Assembly (NCBI GenBank): GCA_040954595.2
Contig: JBECUI020000040.1
Span: 55,026 to 119,025 of the forward strand
DNA length: 64,000 nt
Reading direction: 5' to 3'
From: Balanoglossus misakiensis
Lineage: Eukaryota; Animalia; Hemichordata
Both the position numbers and the translations under genes were made by a program. Positions 10,683 through 20,310 of this stretch are shown piece after piece (positions within the stretch are counted from its first letter, which is position 1; each line of letters starts with the position of its first letter). The notes under the pieces were generated by a model, which saw only the letters and a program-made list of their open reading frames with translations, did not search any database and was not told the DNA's origin.

Positions 10683-11696
10683 ATGAAGAACACCGTAGGA
10701 ATAGGGATTATCGGCGGTGGCCGAATCGGTAAAGTTCATGCCGAAAACCTCTGTTCTCTGATCCCCAGGGCTGAGGTAAAGGCCATGGCTGACCCCCTTG
10801 CGAACGAGGAACTCCGTCTTCAGGCTGGCGAATGGGGTATCCATCAGATCCATTTAGATTATAAAAAAATTCTTTCGAACCCGGAAGTTGATGCTGTACT
10901 GATTTGTTCCTCAACGGACACCCATGCTGAGATTGTTCGGGAAGCAGCCAGAGCTGGAAAGCATGTTTTCTGCGAAAAACCCTTGGATCAGGACCCGCTG
11001 ACAATCCGTGATACCCTGGCTGTAGTCCGGGACTCTGGAGTGATTTTTCAGATTGGCTTTAACCGCCGTTTTGACCACAATTTTCAGGCCCTGCGACGCA
11101 GTGTAGCCGCTGGAGACCTGGGGGATATTCACCTTTTGTCCATTATTTCAAGGGACCCGGCTCCACCGCCTTTGGGATATATACGCAGTTCCGGGGGACT
11201 CTTTATGGACATGGCGATTCATGATTTTGACATGGCTCGCTTCCTTGTTGGTAGCGAAGTTATTAAGGTTCATGCCGCCGGAGGAGTTCTGATAGACCAG
11301 GCCATAGGTCAGGTCGGCGATATTGACACGGCCATCACAACCCTCTGGTTTGAAAACGGCTCCCTGGGGGTAATCAGTAATTCCAGAAAGGCTGCCTATG
11401 GTTATGACCAAAGAGCAGAAATTTTAGGCAGTTTGGGGGCCGCTCGTACCGAAAACGATCTCCCCTCCACTCTGATACTCAGTAACAGCACCCATGTCAG
11501 GAGGGAAAAACCGCTTTACTTCTTCTTGGAACGCTATAAAGAGTCCTTTGCTGAAGAGATACGCCAGTTTATCCGGGCCATAATTGAGGGTACTGAAGTG
11601 CTTGCCGGGGAAAATGATGCCTTAAAGTCTGTAGAAATTGCCTTGGCAGCTAAAGAATCCCTGGAGAAAGGAGTTCCAGTAGAGCTCTCACCATAA
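10683..11696 (+). CDS. iolG: Inositol 2-dehydrogenase (Gfo/Idh/MocA family)
   Basis: GIIGGGRIG, HVFCEKP, IGFNRRFD, DMAIHDFD, YGYDQRAE. Confidence 0.93.
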   Translation: MKNTVGIGIIGGGRIGKVHAENLCSLIPRAEVKAMADPLANEELRLQAGEWGIHQIHLDYKKILSNPEVDAVLICSSTDTHAEIVREAARAGKHVFCEKPLDQDPLTIRDTLAVVRDSGVIFQIGFNRRFDHNFQALRRSVAAGDLGDIHLLSIISRDPAPPPLGYIRSSGGLFMDMAIHDFDMARFLVGSEVIKVHAAGGVLIDQAIGQVGDIDTAITTLWFENGSLGVISNSRKAAYGYDQRAEILGSLGAARTENDLPSTLILSNSTHVRREKPLYFFLERYKESFAEEIRQFIRAIIEGTEVLAGENDALKSVEIALAAKESLEKGVPVELSP

Positions 11697-11824
11697 GAAC
11701 CTTCACAGGACAAGGGGGGGCTTCCCTTAGTTGTTTTGATAACAGCACATCTAAGGAGCCCCCAAAGTACTTAGAGTACGGTTCCTCCTATGGTGTTTTT
11801 TCTCTTTTAGTAAGAGATACTAGG

Positions 11825-12219
11825 GTGCTATGTTTCTTATCAATCAATTTTTTTATAGTATTGTTATTCTTTTTCCCCTATGCCGAAAAGTTAACAGGAA
11901 AAGTTGTTGCCAAAAGAATGGCTCTTGCTGATGTCAATGTCATTATCCTCAATCTAGATGAGATTACGTTGAGCGATGCCGATGGAAACTTGTTTCTAAG
12001 GACATACCAGCGGGGATCTATACCATCAAAGTTATTGCCCATGGAATAGAAGACAAGGATTTTACCATAACTGTTCCAACAGACCCTGTTCTCTTTGATC
12101 TTTCAGAACTTGAGGAAGATCTTGTTACGGTCACAGCTGTCCAGGATGAAGACATTGACTCCAGTCAACGCATATTGACCAGAGCAGAAATTGATACACT
12201 TCCCATTCCTAACATCTAA
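11825..12219 (+). pseudogene. TonB-dependent receptor N-terminal stump (signal peptide + CarboxypepD_reg-like domain)
   Basis: LTGKVV...ALADVNVII...TLSDADGN, then after a frameshift KDIPAGIYTIKVIAHG...VTVTA...LTRAEIDTLP; ends at an IS end. Confidence 0.65.
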
Positions 12220-12390
12220 TGGTTAAGACTTAATCTGACACTTCTTCAAAATTTAGTGATCAATTATTTGAAGGAGAAATCATGACAACAGAAGAAAGGT
12301 TCATCAAGAATAAGGTTGGGATGCTTGAATTAGCTAAGCAGCTGGGCAATGTATCCCAAGCTTGTACAATCTTTGGATACTCCAGAGAGA
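12215..12390 (+). mobile_element. IS481-family remnant (left end + first ~35 codons of transposase)
   Basis: MTTEERFIKNKVGMLELAKQLGNVSQACTIFGYSRE; upstream tctaatggttaagacttaatctgaca resembles an IS481 terminal IR. Confidence 0.75.
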
Positions 12391-12834
12391 ATCTGCCAGC
12401 CATTTTCGCTGATATAAAAGAAGACACTGTTGAGGAAAATTCTTTTCTCATCCCCCCCCCACACACAGGGAAATGAAGAATCAACGCTTTTCTGAAGGCC
12501 CAAAGAACCTCTCAGAGAAGCCTCCTGGAACCCCTGATTCAAGCAACTTTGTAGGTTTTTACAGAAACAGATAAATTCCAGAAGCATCCAGGGGCCAAGG
12601 GTGTGAAATTCTTTTTGTGAAATTAACGTTTGGGACCTAAAAATACTTGTGCTGATCTGGGGGGAGATTTATACGGGCTATAAGCGGGCACTTATGGAGA
12701 AGATCGACTACGAAGACCAGGCAACCCTGCACTAGGAATCATTCTTATAGATCTGAAAATACCTCTGCTCAAGGGTTTACAGGCCATGAGAACCTAGCAG
12801 AAGGTAAGAAGCGCAGCAAGCTCCTGCTTTACCT

Positions 12835-12870
12835 AGGTCCAGCCTGGAGAGATCTCCCCAGGCTGGACCT
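12835..12870. repeat. 36-bp near-perfect palindrome
   Basis: aggtccagcctgg-a-gagatctc-c-ccaggctggacct (one mismatched pair). Confidence 0.9.
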
Positions 12871-12884
12871 GATCGACGCTGTAA

Positions 12885-12988
12885 TGTGCTTAAGGGAGAC
12901 TAAAGCTAGTAAGCCAAAGGAAACCCAGTCCTATCTACACTATCGCTACAACGACAGGGTGCTTCAGACCATAGGAAGTAACCGACAT
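12885..12988 (-). pseudogene. AcrB/RND permease 5' stump
   Basis: TGATG-coupled to the adaptor gene; MSVTSYGLKHPVVVAIV*IGLG... resembles RND N-term (xxRPV + TM1); in-frame stop. Confidence 0.6.
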
Positions 12989-14052
12989 CAGGTTTCCTCC
13001 AGAATGTTTACTATGCGGCCCTCATTAAGCTGGCGCTGTCCGTCCACCACGAAATACTTATCTTTATATTCCTCAGGGACCTCTATGTTCTCATTGTCAA
13101 AAAATGCTTCTTCTACTAAAAGACGGTGAGCTGTCTCCTTATCTCTATCTACCCACCATAACGCCTCGGCCTCGCCAAGCGCCGTCAGGGGAAGGGTCCA
13201 AGCATCTTTGCGTGATTCCAGAGGGAATACTACCTTGACTCTCATCCCTGGACGCCAATCTCTTGAACTCTCCTCCATTACACACGTTACTCCAAAGCTC
13301 TTGGCCTTGGGCGATATGGTTGGACTTATACGAAGTATTGAAGCCGACTTCAGGATCCGCTCCTTATCATCGGGACGAAAAATCTCTATTGTCTTTGAAG
13401 ATAAGTTCACAAAGTCACTATAATACTTCTCCGGTACCCGGGCATTCACTATCAAACGGCTTCCTCCCCCAACCACGGCAAGAGGGACTTCGGGGGACAC
13501 CATGGAGCCAGGATCACTGAGACGGCTGAGTATCTCTCCATCTATGGGGGAGCGTATGTCGGCGTAAGCACGCCGCAGTTTGGCCAGCTCAAAGCCCGCA
13601 TAGGCCGCATCTCGCTGCGTCCTTGCCTCCTCAAGCTGCTGTTCACTAGTTCCAAAAGAACTATAGAGACGTTCCACACGCATCTTGCTGCTCTCTGCAA
13701 GAAGGTAGGCTGATTTGGCAGATGCCAATTCAAGATCGTAGGGCACAGGATCTATGCGGGCAATAAGCTGGCCCTTGCTAACCTTATCTCCTTCTTCTAC
13801 GAGCATCTCCAGCACCAAACCGGAAACGCGGGGAACAATGGTGATCATATTCTCAGACTCTAGAAACCCTCCTACAACCAGGTCACGGGAAAGTTCGGCC
13901 TGTACAGGAAGGGCAAGTCGAACTGGCAGAGGGCTGACTTCGGGGGGGAGGCTTACCTGATTTCTTTGACGCAGCCAAAGAAACAGCACCGTAGCCACTA
14001 CCAGCGAAACCGCTATTATTATGATCATTCGGCTTATATTAGTCTTAGTCAT
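12988..14052 (-). CDS. RND efflux periplasmic adaptor (MFP) subunit
   Basis: N-term TM; VPRVSG..VEEGDKVSKGQLIARID, IRSPIDG, RPGMRVKV. Confidence 0.93.
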   Translation of the reverse strand: MTKTNISRMIIIIAVSLVVATVLFLWLRQRNQVSLPPEVSPLPVRLALPVQAELSRDLVVGGFLESENMITIVPRVSGLVLEMLVEEGDKVSKGQLIARIDPVPYDLELASAKSAYLLAESSKMRVERLYSSFGTSEQQLEEARTQRDAAYAGFELAKLRRAYADIRSPIDGEILSRLSDPGSMVSPEVPLAVVGGGSRLIVNARVPEKYYSDFVNLSSKTIEIFRPDDKERILKSASILRISPTISPKAKSFGVTCVMEESSRDWRPGMRVKVVFPLESRKDAWTLPLTALGEAEALWWVDRDKETAHRLLVEEAFFDNENIEVPEEYKDKYFVVDGQRQLNEGRIVNILEET

Positions 14053-14108
14053 TTTATCTTCTCCTTACCCTACTTACAACATAAGGCTTTTAACTTCACC
14101 TCAACAGC

Positions 14109-14142
14109 TGTCAGTTGTCACTTTCGATGCTGATATTTGTCA
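14109..14142. promoter_or_regulatory. Tandem TGACA-N2-TGTCA-like operator boxes upstream of MFP gene
   Basis: tgtcagttgtca (14109-14120) and tgatatttgtca (14131-14142); each one mismatch from the palindrome; 22 bp apart. Confidence 0.5.
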
Positions 14143-14401
14143 TTTTTTTTAAGGAGAGGTGTAAGGAAAGATCTGGAACTAGGGAGGCTTGCACCAGTCT
14201 TAGGTATCTCAATTTCTCCTTATCTAGGGGCATCTTCCTGCCCTCAAACTGATCAGATGGTCCTTAGGCATCAGATTCGACATATTCTTTCTGAGGTTCT
14301 TATACATGAGGAGATTTGAAAGAGAAAAAAATTCTTAATAGTGCTAAAGTATGTAAGTATTGCCTGTTTAACAAAAGCTTGACATAAGGTAGAGTTATAC
14401 A

Positions 14402-15650
14402 ATGGGAAAAAAGGTCCTTGAACTGGGGTTACTAAAAATTTTCCGGTATTACGTGGGCTTGGTCTCCCTGGCTTTTTTATTACTTCTGATAATTCCCGGT
14501 TCTTTACAGGAAGAAGGTGGAGGACCCAACACCAAGGCCACTTTTCTTTTCTTCGTCACCTACGGTGCAGGTTTTCTGTACCTCTCCTTCCCTGGACTAG
14601 AAAAAATACTTAAGACATTCTATCTGCCCATCCCTTTACTTGCTAGTAGTTTGATTCCCATTGCCATTACCAACACAAAATTTCGAGAACTCCTCAACCT
14701 GGGGCAGCCCATCAACAGTCTTAACGACACCGTGAATTTGGTAATACTTCTCATTTTTCCCCTGATCATCACCGCATGGCAGTACAGTTTTCCCCTGGTC
14801 TTTCTGTTCTTTGTGGTGATTGGTTTTCTTGACCCGCTACTCCTGATTCTGGTCAACGACACCGTAACCCCAGGAATTTCCTCTGCTTTTTATCTTTCCT
14901 TAATTCGGATTCTTGCTCTGGGGGCAGTGGGCTACATGATTACAGAACTTCGAAAACTCCAGCGTCTGGAGCATCAGAAGCTGGAAGAAGCTAACCGAAA
15001 ACTCCAAGAATACGCAAAAACCAGCGTGAAACTAGCCGAAAGTCGAGAGAGAAACCGCCTTTCCCGAGAGCTCCACGACACTCTGGCTCACACGCTAAGC
15101 GGTCTGTCCATACAATTAGAAGCTGCAGAAACCATTGTTCCCATTGAGGAAAGTAAGATCCGCCAGATTGTCAACGAAGCCAAAGCCACCGTGAGAAACG
15201 GCTTGAACGAGACTAGAAGGGTCCTCAAGGCCCTAAGGGCGAGCCCCCTGGAAGACCACGGGACTCCTTTTTGCTCTGGAACGACTAGGAGAGGACGTCA
15301 GAAACAGAAGCAAATTGAAGTTGGACTTGCAACTTCCCGATAGTCTTCCCCCACTCCCTGCTGAAGTAGAAGAAGGAACCTACCGTATTGCCCAAGAGGC
15401 CCTGGAAAACGTGATTCGTCATGCCCAGGCCCAAAACGTTTCCCTGAAGCTGACGGTAAAGGGAAAAAATCTGCTGCTGGTCGTCTCTGATGATGGAAGG
15501 GGCATTGCTCAGCAACCTCCACCAGGAGAAATTCATTTTGGGCTTAAAGGGATGCGTGAACGCACTGAGACTCTGGGAGGAGAATTCACCTTGAACAGTC
15601 AGGAAAGTAGGGGGACCACCATCCAATTTTCCTGGAAGGACAGCTTATGA
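14402..15650 (+). CDS. Membrane sensor histidine kinase, HisKA_3 family (frameshift near 15260)
   Basis: ERNRLSRELHDTLAHTLS H-box; YRIAQEALENVIRHA, DDGRG, HFGLKGMRER in second frame. Confidence 0.92.
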
Positions 15651-16300
15651 TCACTATGATGATCTGTGACGATCAGGAGATTGTTCGCGAAGGGCTGAGG
15701 ACCATCCTGGAAACGGACCCTGAAATTACCGTAACCGCCACGGCCACTGATGGAGAAGATCTACTGCGAAAGCTAGGCGATCCTGAACCGAACATCGTGC
15801 TTATGGATCTGAAAATGCCTGTGCTCAACGGTGTGCAGACCATAAGGGCCCTGCGACAACGCAACAATCACAGCAAGATTCTGGTCCTGACCACCTATGA
15901 CGAGGATCAGTGGGTCATCGATGCCATTCGGGGAGGAGCTTCGGGCTATCTGCTGAAAGATACCCCAGACTGGACCTGATCGACGCTGTAAAAGGAACCG
16001 TTATGGGACACACTTACGTGGATCCCTCCATAGCAGGCAAGGTTCTGGCCATGGCCGCCAACACTCTGGAGCAACCCCACCATCGGTGATATTCCCAAAG
16101 TTTCTCCTAGAGAGAAAAAAATTCTTACCCTTATTGCCCGGGGGCTTTCCAATGCCGAGGCGGCTTACGAACTCAACCTATCCGAAGGAACGATCAGAAA
16201 CTACGCCAGCGCTCTGTTCTCCCGACTTAGAGTAGCTGACCGCACCCAGGCAGCTATTGCCGCCCTCCGCTATGGTATTATTAAACTGGACGAAATATAA
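15647..16300 (+). CDS. NarL/LuxR-family response regulator (frameshifts near 15965 and 16075)
   Basis: CDDQEIVREGL, LMDLKMP, LTTY, GYLLKD; HTH SPREKKILTLIARGLSNAEAAYELNLSEGTIRNY...DRTQAAI. Confidence 0.92.
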
Positions 16301-16417
16301 TACTGCGAAACAACGGAACTTCCTCTTAAAGTGGGTCTCCATTTCTATGTACTTAAGCCAGGCAATGAGGGCACACCTTCTAATATAATCTTCTTGCTTC
16401 TTCTATCCTGAGTATTC

Positions 16418-17254
16418 TTAGCGGGGCAGAAAAACAGCAAGTTCCGATGGCCTTGCTGTATCCTCATAGAGTCTTAGAAGAACCTTGTCTCCTTCTACCC
16501 AGAGTTCGGCAACACAAGCAGCCTGTGGATTCCAAAAGAAGCTGAGTCCCTGAGGAAGTTCCCAGGAGTCGAAACCCGGGAGTTCTTGAGGCAGGAGAGT
16601 AAGGTCCTCAAAAAACCACTGCCCCGAAGGTAGCGCAGGAACCTTCACTTCTATGAGTTCAACCTTCTGAAAGCTATAGAGAGTAAGTTCCCCCCTTCTC
16701 AGATCTTCCACAAGACGATTTTCCCTGAGCAACCAGGGCCGACCATCGGTTCTGGAAAGACTTTCTTCCGTGAAGCGCTGGGTGTTCAATCCTTCCAAGG
16801 GAAAACCAGCATGGGCAAGTTTCAGAAGGAATTCAGCAGCAAATCCCTCTTCCCAACTAAGCGGTAACTCAAGGGGTCTAGTTGAAGCCGGGCTAAGCAC
16901 AACCCCGGCAGGACGTGGTGAAAAGGGAGTCATAGCCATACGGGGATAGGCAAGGACCGGAACTGCCTTTTCCCGAGGGATATCCACACTAAGATAATCC
17001 TGAGAATCAACATAGAGGGTTTTGATGCTCCCATCCTCACCCCACCAGGCAACTTCCCAACCTCTGAGATTAAGGATATCTCGCCCAGGAGGGGGAAGCT
17101 CCGGGAACACAAGTTCGACCCTATCCCTAACCGCAATGAAACGGCAGGAGATTAGCTGCAACGCAATAGAAAAATGGAAGAACAATCGAAAGATTCTTTT
17201 CCCATGCTCCATAGACAGGGCCAGGACCTTTTTTGATTCACTGGATTTCGGCAA
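16418..17254 (-). CDS. Hypothetical protein, probable lipoprotein (start uncertain)
   Basis: Long ORF; hydrophobic stretch ending in LISC (spirochaetal lipobox-like). Confidence 0.65.
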   Translation of the reverse strand: MPKSSESKKVLALSMEHGKRIFRLFFHFSIALQLISCRFIAVRDRVELVFPELPPPGRDILNLRGWEVAWWGEDGSIKTLYVDSQDYLSVDIPREKAVPVLAYPRMAMTPFSPRPAGVVLSPASTRPLELPLSWEEGFAAEFLLKLAHAGFPLEGLNTQRFTEESLSRTDGRPWLLRENRLVEDLRRGELTLYSFQKVELIEVKVPALPSGQWFFEDLTLLPQELPGFDSWELPQGLSFFWNPQAACVAELWVEGDKVLLRLYEDTARPSELAVFLPR

Positions 17255-17763
17255 TTACTCCTATTCGCCGTAGAAAAACCGACACAGGGCCGGCCAAAAC
17301 GTATAGAAGGAAGAAACAGGGTATTTCATCTTTCAAGAACTTAGAGGATGATTCCAAAGGAAGCATGGCCTCAAGCTAAAGAGCCAGAAATACCAGCAAG
17401 GGAAGTTCTTGAAACAAATCCAGGCAGTTTCCTGGCTTAATGCAGCAATGTTGTGTATTCAGTTAAAAGAAACGGCGCTGACTTTATGTAAAAGAAAAGA
17501 AACAAGAAAACCTTAGCAACACACTTAAACCTTCTGAACAATGCATAGAATTTCCCAAGGATCGGGCAGTTCCTGGCAAAACCAGTTAGGACCTTAAGGT
17601 GCTGACTTAAGGCAAGAGATAAATGGAAAACTTCCACCGCCTGCTTATGCCGAGCCCAGAAACAAGATCCCCCTTGTTTGAAAGAGTGACACGTTAAGAA
17701 AAAAAACTTGACCGCCAATGGTCTGGATAGAGAAAATCGTAGGAACAAGGGGCACAGAATTTT

Positions 17764-17837
17764 TGGGCGGAATGGGACTCGAACCCATGACTTCCGGCTT
17801 GTAAGGCCGACGCTCTAACCAACTGAGCTACCCGCCC
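17764..17837 (-). tRNA. tRNA-Val(TAC)
   Basis: GGGCGGGTAGCTCAGTTGGTTAGAGC...CTTACAA...GGTTCGAGTCC...CCGCCCA cloverleaf. Confidence 0.97.
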
Positions 17838-17901
17838 GGAACCGCAAGTTTAACTTTTCTTACCAAGCTTGACAAGTTCCTTTGTTCATCAGTGAAGCGA
17901 T

Positions 17902-18894
17902 TTATCTGCCTAGCCTGCCTGGAGGAGTGGGGCATTTGGAAAGGGGAGAGGGAGCTTCTGAGACAGAAAGTTCCTCCGGCAAGGGGACATTCTCCATGGT
18001 AAAGATTTTAAGGAAACGGCTTGGTAGGGGGGCCTCAAAAGTGCGTTTCTGTCCTGAAGGAAGGAGGAGTGTGAGTCGCCAAGCGTGAAGCATCAACGTG
18101 GCCTGAGGGAAAAAACGGTCCCGGCGTCCGTAGAGAGAATCGCCTAGCACCGGGCAGCCAAGATGAAGCATATGTACCCGAATCTGATGAGTGCGCCCGG
18201 TAAGAATGTTCAGTCTCAAAAAACTGTGCTGCGCCAGTGCTGACAGGGTCCGATACCTAGTCAGTGATGTTTTTCCTCCAGAATCTCTCGTAGTAAAACG
18301 TTTGCGATTGCTGGGGTCTCTACCGATGGAAGCCCTGATCTCTCCTCTAGGACGGGGCGGCCTTCCTTGTACCAAGGCGAGATAAACTTTTTGAACACTC
18401 CGCTCCCTGAACTGGAGTGCCAGAGCCTCCAAAGTCCGAACCGATTTGGCGACAACCATGACGCCGGAGGTATCTTTATCTAGACGATGAACAATGCCAG
18501 GTCTTACCCTATCTCCGCTAAAGGTTTCTTCGAATCCGGAATAACGGTGAAGAAGACCCTGCACCAGAGTCCCGGTACTATGTCCACAGGCAGGATGGAC
18601 CACCATGTTCTGGCTTTTGTTGATTACCACAAGATCTGAGTCTTCGTAAAGGATTTCCAAGTCCATGGCTTCAGGAAGGATTTCCGAGGAAGGGGGATCT
18701 TCCCAAGAAATGTTTAGCGTTTCGTTGTTGTTAAGCCGCCGGGAAAGCTTGACTTCCCGATTGTCGGCCAGGGTAATTTTCAAAGCCCGGTGCTGAATTT
18801 GACTCCGTGTAAAATATCCCAAACCAGCAATATAGGTATCGGCCCTAAGGCTTTTCCCCTCTGGAAGGACAACTTTAAGAGTTTCACGGTTCAT
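17902..18894 (-). CDS. rluD: RluA/RluD-family pseudouridine synthase
   Basis: S4-like N-term, RPGIVHRLDKDTSG, TGRTHQIRVH, LHAWRL. Confidence 0.93.
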   Translation of the reverse strand: MNRETLKVVLPEGKSLRADTYIAGLGYFTRSQIQHRALKITLADNREVKLSRRLNNNETLNISWEDPPSSEILPEAMDLEILYEDSDLVVINKSQNMVVHPACGHSTGTLVQGLLHRYSGFEETFSGDRVRPGIVHRLDKDTSGVMVVAKSVRTLEALALQFRERSVQKVYLALVQGRPPRPRGEIRASIGRDPSNRKRFTTRDSGGKTSLTRYRTLSALAQHSFLRLNILTGRTHQIRVHMLHLGCPVLGDSLYGRRDRFFPQATLMLHAWRLTLLLPSGQKRTFEAPLPSRFLKIFTMENVPLPEELSVSEAPSPLSKCPTPPGRLGR

Positions 18895-19261
18895 CGGAAC
18901 TTGCGGCTTTTACTTTGGTAATAATAAGATCGGCCAGAGCCACGGCTGCAGAAATACTGAAAGAAGTAATAAGAAGTATATTGATATCCTCTGAGGTCCT
19001 CTGAGTTCCCATGGCGTACTGGGCACTGAAGCTATTAGAGGCATAGAGAGCAAAGTCGTAGACCAGAGAGGTCATCATAAAACTTAAGGGAAGGGAACCA
19101 AAGAAAATAACCTCAAAACGTCTAAGATCGTGAGCCCAACCGGGAAATTCCGCAGGATCGTATTCTTCTGGTACCAAGGGCTCAGCTCTGGGAAGAACCT
19201 GAGCTTGCAGATTCATAGCAAAACAGAGAAGAAGGAACACAAGTATTCTGCTTGTTTTCAT
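18884..19261 (-). CDS. Small hypothetical membrane protein
   Basis: ATG overlaps yggS stop; signal-like N-term; EFPGWAHDLRRFEVIFFGSLP plus two TM segments. Confidence 0.75.
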   Translation of the reverse strand: MKTSRILVFLLLCFAMNLQAQVLPRAEPLVPEEYDPAEFPGWAHDLRRFEVIFFGSLPLSFMMTSLVYDFALYASNSFSAQYAMGTQRTSEDINILLITSFSISAAVALADLIITKVKAASSDEP

Positions 19262-19947
19262 GACCGATACCCAAAAATGGCGGTACCTATCCGAATCAGA
19301 GTGCTCCCCTCGGCAATGGCCCAAGGATAGTCGTTGCTCATGCCCATGGAAAGCTCTGAAGCCTGGAGATCAGGGTAGAGCCGGTTTATCTCGTCGGCCC
19401 AGTCCCTACAGTCAGCAAAACATTCTCTGACAGTTCTTTCATCGTTTATAAATGGTGCCATAGTCATAAGCCCTTTCATGGAAAGATAGGGCAGTTCCCG
19501 TATGCTCCCCACTGCATCCAGTAGAATCTCTTTTTCCCGAAATCCCGATTTGCTGGCCTCCCTGGAAGAGTTCACCTGAACCAGAATTTCCAGCGGGGTT
19601 CCAGCAGCTTCTCGGTGCCGGGAAAGACGCTGAGCCAGCTCAAGAGAATCCACCGAGTGAACACCCGAAAACCTTGGTGAAAGGAATCGGACTTTGTTAG
19701 ACTGGAGATGTCCAATAAGTATCAAGGAATAGGAATCATCGAGGAAGTGTGAAAACTTTTCTTCAGCTTCTTGTACCCGGTTCTCCCCAAAAAGGGTTAG
19801 GTCCTCTTGAAAAGCTTCTTGAAGCTCTTCAACGGTCCTTGTTTTAGAAACGGCCATCAATTTAACTTCTTTTTCATCTCTACCATAACGCTGCAGATGT
19901 TCTCGGAATTCCTCTTGGAACAGAATCAAGTTTTCTCTAATCCCCAT
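19258..19947 (-). CDS. yggS: YggS-family PLP homeostasis protein
   Basis: LMAVSKT, FGENRVQE, IGHLQSNK, LSMGMSND, IRIGTAIFG. Confidence 0.96.
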   Translation of the reverse strand: MGIRENLILFQEEFREHLQRYGRDEKEVKLMAVSKTRTVEELQEAFQEDLTLFGENRVQEAEEKFSHFLDDSYSLILIGHLQSNKVRFLSPRFSGVHSVDSLELAQRLSRHREAAGTPLEILVQVNSSREASKSGFREKEILLDAVGSIRELPYLSMKGLMTMAPFINDERTVRECFADCRDWADEINRLYPDLQASELSMGMSNDYPWAIAEGSTLIRIGTAIFGYRS

Positions 19948-19954
19948 AAAGTCT

Positions 19955-19960
19955 ATTATA
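19955..19960 (-). promoter_or_regulatory. -10 box (TATAAT) 7 nt upstream of yggS ATG; probable leaderless promoter
   Basis: Minus strand reads TATAAT-agacttt-ATG; no SD. Confidence 0.5.
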
Positions 19961-20310
19961 ACGTGCCCTTAACGGTGGGGGAATAAAAGCAACCAACATT
20001 GTGGTAGATATTCTGCCCAGTTTGATTTTCTTGTGTCACTTTAGATAGTGCTGCCATTGTTTCTGTTTACCTCGTTAGACATTTCTCCCTTACAGTTTTT
20101 CTGAATCGCTTGCTAGCATTGCTGCTGGAAAAACTTCTCGTAAACAAGCACAAGGTTTGTACCACCAGGAATATTCCCCTCAATAAGGACAAGATTTACA
20201 CCACAGCCCCCTCAGCAGGAGACCAATCGGCCCGACAAGAATACCTCTGGATACCTGGAGATTGTTCTCTGTTAAGGGCTTCCCCTTATAGTTAGGGCTA
20301 TACCTTGCGG

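Noticed and set aside
8900-17837. Genomic island integrated at tRNA-Val
   Set aside because: No integrase, and I found no duplicated tRNA 3' end (att site) by eye.
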